Part shown: positions 34,748 to 40,523 of the stretch, one piece after another | Layout of the letters: each line of letters begins with the position of its first letter | Position numbering within the stretch: position 1 is the stretch's first letter | Source of the DNA: Octopus bimaculoides | Taxonomy: Eukaryota | DNA: 40,523 bases | Assembly: GCF_001194135.2 (NCBI RefSeq) | Contig: NC_068992.1 | Coordinates: 39,595,562 to 39,636,084, forward strand | Direction: 5' to 3' | Notes under the pieces: model-generated | What the model was told of the DNA's origin: nothing | Database searches by the model: none | Seen by the model: the letters and a program-made list of their open reading frames with translations, nothing else | Position numbers and translations under genes: made by a program

Positions 34748-35304
34748 ACACATACACACACATATATAGATAAATACTCGTGTACACACACGCCTACACA
34801 CACGCACACACACTCTCACACCCGCACTCCACCACACGCTTAATTTCCAGTGACGAGATGGTTTTATAAAAACAGTAAAGGGTTTTATGCTAAAAAAAAT
34901 ATCCCAATGTTTTTAATGAGATCATTTGAACGATCGTTATGAAGAACTCGGAATATCAATAACTTGTTTCTTGTGATTACTTCAACACACGCTGCGTGCA
35001 CGCACACACATACTTGCACACAAATACTCATAGGCACACACACACTTGAACAAACGTCTACACTTATATATATATATGTGTGTGTGTATGTGTGTGTGTG
35101 TATTCACGCACATACACACCTAAACTCACACACATCATCTCATTGATATTGAAAATTAAATGACAAATCTGTCTTGTATCGTGTTTATATTTCGTTCTTT
35201 ATTAAAATTGATAATTTTTTTTGCTGTTTAAACATCATTAACGGTTCTTTTGCAACTTTAAATATAAAAAATAAAAATAAAATAATAAAAAACACAAGCA
35301 TGAG

Positions 35305-35400
35305 GCAGGCGTGGTTTTGTGGTAAGAAAGTTGCTTCCCAATTACATGGCTCCGGCTTCTGTCTCACTGCCTGGAATCTTGGGCAAGCCTCTTTTACTAC
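35305..35400 (+). mobile_element. SINE family A head fragment
   Basis: GCAGGCGTGGTTTTGTGGTAAGAAAGTTGCTTCCCAA...CTTGGGCAAG. Confidence 0.75.
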
Positions 35401-35661
35401 ATGGTGAAACAAGTGTTTCACCATGTAGTTAATGGAAGTCATCTCCTGTTTCTATCTTACTCATTTGTTTAAAAATTACCCGATGATGGTGGATTTTTTA
35501 GCCTTAAAGTAATCTAAGAATGCGTCGATAAAATGCTACCGAAACACTTGTAAATTTTGTACCTCACTCGTATTCTTCTTTATATATATAAGCTACACTT
35601 GGAACCATCCCTGAGTTAGATTCATAGTTTATATTAAACTTGCTACCTGCATGCATCCGTA

Positions 35662-35693
<32 letters not shown>

Positions 35694-35861
35694 AGTTCAA
35701 ATTACGATGAACGTAAACAAACAAACGAGGTTTGCTTTTAGAAGCGTTGAGATGTCTTAGAAAGTTAAAGAAGTGATTTTAAATTCTTAAAGGCAGGATA
35801 ATGTTAATAATATAGCCTAAACAGGATAAGCTACCCCTATTTTGCAGAAAAAAGTATTGGC

Positions 35862-35937
35862 GGCCAGCTATGAGACTCGAACTCACACCTCCGTGATTAC
35901 GCGTCGCGATGCTCTAGACCGATTAAGCCAAAGTGCC
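35862..35937 (-). tRNA. tRNA-Thr(CGT)-like pseudogene or tRNA-derived element
   Basis: D stem GCTT/GAGC; anticodon loop CGCGTAA; T arm GTGAG-TTCGAGT-CTCAT; poorly paired acceptor stem; T6 run just downstream. Confidence 0.6.
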
Positions 35938-36431
35938 CTCACCACACATTTATGTGTGAGTGTATATATGCATATTTGCAGCATGCAACCATCATAAGAC
36001 TACATGTTGAAATATCTAGATTCTGACGAATACTTGAATAGAAAAAAGAAAAAGTCGAAGGCTGTGCGCATCGGTTGTAGATATAACATGAGATATGGGG
36101 TTCGAATCCTGTGGGAATCGTTTGAATTTTTCTATTCAAAACGGTTTTCTGTTCAATATCTACATACTATTATGCTATTATTTATAGCTTTATGTGATGT
36201 GCTTCGAGTAGAAAATACCTGGAAAATTGTATATACACGTGTATGTGTGTGTATTAGTGTTTGTCCTCCCTCGCCTGTTGTTTTGTTTGATGCATTAAAT
36301 GCCAAATTTAAATAAAGAATACTGGGGGCGAATTGTTCAACTCTAGCTAGCTAGATACATAGATAGACAAAGTGATATCTCTGTGTTTTTATGTGTGTGC
36401 TAGTGTGTGTATGTTTGTGTGTGTGTGTGTG

Positions 36432-36824
36432 TGTGGAGGCACAATGGTCCAGTGGTTAGGGCAGCGGACACGCGGTCATAGGATCGCAGTTTCGATTTCC
36501 AGACCGGGCGTTGTGAGTGTTTATTGAGCGAAAACACCGAAAGCTTCACGAGGCTCCGGCAGGGGATGGTGGCGAACCCTGCTGTACTCTTCCACCATAA
36601 CTTTCTCTCACTCTTACTTCCTGTTTCTGTTGTGCCTGTAATTCAAGGGGTCAGCCTTGTCACACTGTGTCACGCTGAATATCTCCGAGAACTATGTTAA
36701 GGGTACACGTGTCTATGGAGTGCTCAGCCACTTGCACGTTAATTCCACGAACAGGCTGTTCCATTGATCGGATCAACTGGAACCCTCGACGTCGTAAGCG
36801 ACGGAGTGCCAATAACAACAACAA
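36432..36824 (+). mobile_element. Full-length SINE family B
   Basis: tRNA-like head after (TG)n; tail CGTCGTAAGCGACGGAGTGCC plus (ACA)n. Confidence 0.9.
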
Positions 36825-37069
36825 TGTTTGTGTGTGCGCGCGCGTATGCAATTTATTACTAAATTTATGGATAAATCTGAATATCCGGTGGCTGTTGAAA
36901 AAGCAGATGGAGGCATCTACTTAATGAAAATATGCAAATATTTTGCGAAATTACAAAATTACACTCACACACACATGCATCTCCTCACACATGTATATAC
37001 TTGTGTGCACACCTATATGTGTATATATTATTGTTTTATACAGTTCTGTCGTTATACAATTCTACCTAC

Positions 37070-37120
37070 CTATCTACCTACCTACCTATTTATTTATTTA
37101 TTTATTTGTCTATCTACCTG

Positions 37121-37207
<87 letters not shown>

Positions 37208-37228
37208 GTCTATCTATCTATCTTTCTA

Positions 37229-37259
<31 letters not shown>

Positions 37260-37265
37260 ATCTAT
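37070..37265. repeat. (TCTA)n/(TCTG)n microsatellite
   Basis: Direct read. Confidence 0.95.
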
Positions 37266-37599
37266 ATTCCATTACATTTTATCACACGATATCATATATT
37301 ATGAAATCTAATATCTAATATCGTTCGAACACCAGTTTAAATTTCCATAATTTCCATTTAAACACACGATTAATCAGAGAGAGAGAGAGAGAGAGAGAAA
37401 AAAAGACTACAAACTCATAACTACAGTTTATTTTCCTTCCTTTCCTATATCAAATAACTTCGATATTTTTATATATAAAGGATCACATTTCTCAAAGGTT
37501 TCCTTTCGTTTTAGGAATGTTACAGTACGATTTGATCGGGCCTTGTCTATTAGTTCTAGCAGGTCTGCCGAGAACAAAGAGATTCCTTTGTTTGTTATT

Positions 37600-37905
37600 G
37601 CTTAGCTCGGTTCAGGTATTGGGGCATGCGCCGTTGCAGCCGTTGTTGTATTCCCTATTTGTCGATATATTCATGTGTCCTCCTGAGCGACCCGTCGAGC
37701 AAAGTCTCAGTCAGTGCCTATCTCTGCGAGATATCGCCTCATATGCCGTGACCATGTGGCATGTGGTCAACCAGTGCGAGCTGTCGACCCAGCCGGACCC
37801 CCAGCGAAAAGAACACGGTAAGCAAATATCTAACTCGGAAAATCGAGCAGCGTGGTCTACTAGTCTGAGTTGGCGCTCCCGAATCACACAAGGAACAATC
37901 CCTTT
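37600..37905 (-). mobile_element. RTE-clade LINE 3' fragment
   Basis: Minus-strand VIRERQLRLVDHAARF matches the RT-thumb motif RxRQLRxxGHVAR; GC-rich island. Confidence 0.65.
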
Positions 37906-38116
37906 GATTGTTGTTCACCCTCCACCCTCTCTATCTCACTCATAGATATTTAAACACTTATACACACACATATAAAGAGACGGGTGATAGTGACTTCGAA
38001 TTTTCGATCTGCTAGTCTTCGGCAATCTGTCACATCTCTTCTTTTAAAAATTTAATAAACATACACCCAACTAAAACGTATTTAACAAGTTTAATGGTAA
38101 ATTGATTTTACACATA

Positions 38117-38150
38117 ATACTAGCAGAGATACCCGGCCTTGGTCGGGATT
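38117..38150 (+). mobile_element. Helitron/Lep1-like 5' terminus remnant
   Basis: TACTAGC...ACCCGGCCTTGGTCGGG small GC hairpin. Confidence 0.35.
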
Positions 38151-38169
38151 AAAATGGCATAGATTTTTA

Positions 38170-38470
38170 TTGCTTTACTTGTTTCAGTCATGTGACTGCG
38201 GCCATGGTGGAGCACTGCCATTGTTCGAAGAAATCAACCACAAGATTTATTCTTTGTAAACGTGGTACTCATTGTATCAGTGTCTTTTACGAAACCGCTA
38301 AGTTACGGGAATGTAAACACAGCAACATCAGTTGTCAAGCAATGGTGGGGGTAGAAAGCCAAGATACAGGCACACACATATACAAATATACACATATATA
38401 CGACAGTCTTCTTTCTGTTTCCGAGTAAATAATCCACTCGAGATTTTGGTCAGCGTGATGCTATAGTAAG
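38170..38470 (-). mobile_element. SINE family A copy
   Basis: TTTACTTGTTTCAGTCATGTGACTGCGGCCATG...AATCCACTC, reverse complement of the 13426 copy. Confidence 0.87.
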
Positions 38471-39089
38471 CATATATATATATATANNNNNNNNNNNNNN
38501 NNNNNNNNNNNNNNNNNNNNNNNNNNNNNNNNNNNNNNNNNNNNNNNNNNNNNNNNNNNNNNNNNNNNNNNNNNNNNNNNNNNNNNNNNNNNNNNNNNNN
38601 NNNNNNNNNNNNNNNNNNNNNNNNNNNNNNNNNNNNNNNNNNNNNNNNNNNNNNNNNNNNNNNNNNNNNNNNNNNNNNNNNNNNNNNNNNNNNNNNNNNN
38701 NNNNNNNNNNNNNNNNNNNNNNNNNNNNNNNNNNNNNNNNNNNNNNNNNNNNNNNNNNNNNNNNNNNNNNNNNNNNNNNNNNNNNNNNNNNNNNNNNNNN
38801 NNNNNNNNNNNNNNNNNNNNNNNNNNNNNNNNNNNNNNNNNNNNNNNNNNNNNNNNNNNNNNNNNNNNNNNNNNNNNNNNNNNNNNNNNNNNNNNNNNNN
38901 NNNNNNNNNNNNNNNNNNNNNNNNNNNNNNNNNNNNNNNNNNNNNNNNNNNNNNNNNNNNNNNNNNNNNNNNNNNNNNNNNNNNNNNNNNNNNNNNNNNN
39001 NNNNNNNNNNNNNNNNNNNNNNNNNNNNNNNNNNNNNNNNNNNNNNNNNNNNNNNNNNNNNNNNNNNNNNNNNNNNNNNNNNNNNNNAC

Positions 39090-40523
39090 CACCAATATTA
39101 ATAATAAAAATAATAATGAAACCGAAGATTTTTAGCGAGGAATAAATCAAATTTCACCCCACCAAAAGGCAGAAATATCTACCTTGACCAATATATTGAC
39201 ACCCTATCAAACTTCCCCCTAAAACAAAATACCAAAGTTAGGCCGAACATTAACAAATCAGAGATATCTGCACTTAAACGCATACAAAACGATGAAACAA
39301 TAATAATTAAACAAGCGGATAAAGGGGGTGCAATCATTATCATGGATGTGGAATACTACAAGGATTTGGTTGAGGAACAACTAAAGGATACAACCTTCTA
39401 TTGTGAAATACCCTCGAACATAGACAACCACATCATGAAGAAGATCAACCACCTGGTTTCTAAACATTACAACACACTCACTGACAACGATAGAGACTAC
39501 ATCACTAATTTCAAACCAAAACCCAGTAACTTTTACGGCTTACCCAAAATACATAAGTCAGAAGATATTCAACAGGCAATAAAAGAACAAGGAAGTGAAT
39601 ACATAAGATTGCTATATCCAAAAGATTTAAAACTTAGAACAATTATAGCTGGCCCAGCATGCCCCACTCACCGTCTAAACAATTTCATCGACATTCTTTT
39701 GAAGCCACTATGTACCTACATACCCAGCTTCATTCGGGATGACATCGACTTTCTATCCCATCTTCCCAAAACCACTGAAATAAATTCAATCCTACTAAGC
39801 TTTGATGTAGTAAGCCTATACACCAATATCCCACATGATTTAAGAATAATAAACACAGAGAAGCAATTCCCCACAGATTCACGGTGACATTTATACTAGA
39901 CTCGGTGAGACTTATCCTGGAAAATAATACTTTCCTCTTCAATGAAAAGAACTATATCCAAATTAAAGGCATGGCTATGGGAACGAGGTTTGCTCCCGTT
40001 TATGCGAATTCGGTGATGGGTTACTTAGAACAAAAACTCTACCAAGAAATAGAAGAGAGATACAACACTGAATTTAAGAAGTTTATTGAAAAAGCATGGA
40101 AGAGATACCTTGACGATTGCTTTATAAGCTGGACAAAATCTCAAAACACTGTGGAAGAATTCAACACCCTCCTGAACAACCTACACCCATCCATCCAATT
40201 TACAAAGGAGATGAGCAGTACCAAATTACCATTTCTAGATATAATGGTAGTTAAAAAGAACACCACCATTACCACAGATATATATTATAAACACACAGAT
40301 ACACACCAATACCTGAATTTTAAATCGTGCCATCCACCCCATACAAAACGCAACATCCCATACTGCTTAGCCAGAAGAATCTGTACTATTGTAGAGGATC
40401 TAAAGACCAGAAATCAGCACCTGATGGAACTGAAAGAATTTCTGCTCAAGCAAAAGTACCCGTCACTACTTATAGAAAATGGTATTCAGCGGGCTTCGAA
40501 AGTACCCATACAACAACTGAGGA
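39090..40523 (+). pseudogene. Penelope-like element reverse transcriptase (continues off the window)
   Basis: KQADKGGAIII, FYGLPKIHK, LLSFDVVSLYTNIP, QIKGMAMGTRFAP, RYLDDCF, LPFLDI, YYKHTDTHQYL; frameshift near 39840; frame open from about 39850 to the edge. Confidence 0.95.

Noticed and set aside
36060-36125. GGTTCGAATCC B-box-like motif (another near 15450)
   Set aside because: No cloverleaf or SINE body can be reconstructed
3611-39150. Long ORFs spanning N gaps or made of YI/CV/HT/LSIY/poly-E/poly-S repeats
   Set aside because: Artefacts of gaps and microsatellites that lack stop codons
1-40523. CRISPR arrays, operons, rRNA genes
   Set aside because: Eukaryotic repeat-rich DNA; the recurring repeats are dispersed SINEs, not spacer arrays, and no rRNA-like sequence was seen

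Overview
Repeat-saturated, AT-rich animal genomic DNA with many N gaps, most of them next to microsatellites. The tRNA-derived SINE families, microsatellite load and TE spectrum suggest a coleoid cephalopod, probably Octopus (inference from recall, not a search). No complete host gene is recognisable. The window is a TE graveyard: two decayed Tx1/L1-clade LINEs; six R4/Dong-like RLE retrotransposon pieces packed around (TAA)n tracts at 16.5-25 kb; three RTE remnants; a largely open Penelope-like RT running off the right edge and a Penelope terminal-repeat remnant; a Chapaev3-like DNA transposon; a mariner/maT junction; and about 18 SINE copies or fragments of three families (called A, B, C here). 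Not explained by these: a 178-bp loop-less palindrome (5725-5902), a tRNA-Thr(CGT)-like unit with a Pol III terminator, and several splice-bounded candidate exons. The best candidate (30794-30903) encodes a signal-peptide-like N-terminus followed by a consensus CAG|GTGAGT donor. All family names come from manual motif recognition.
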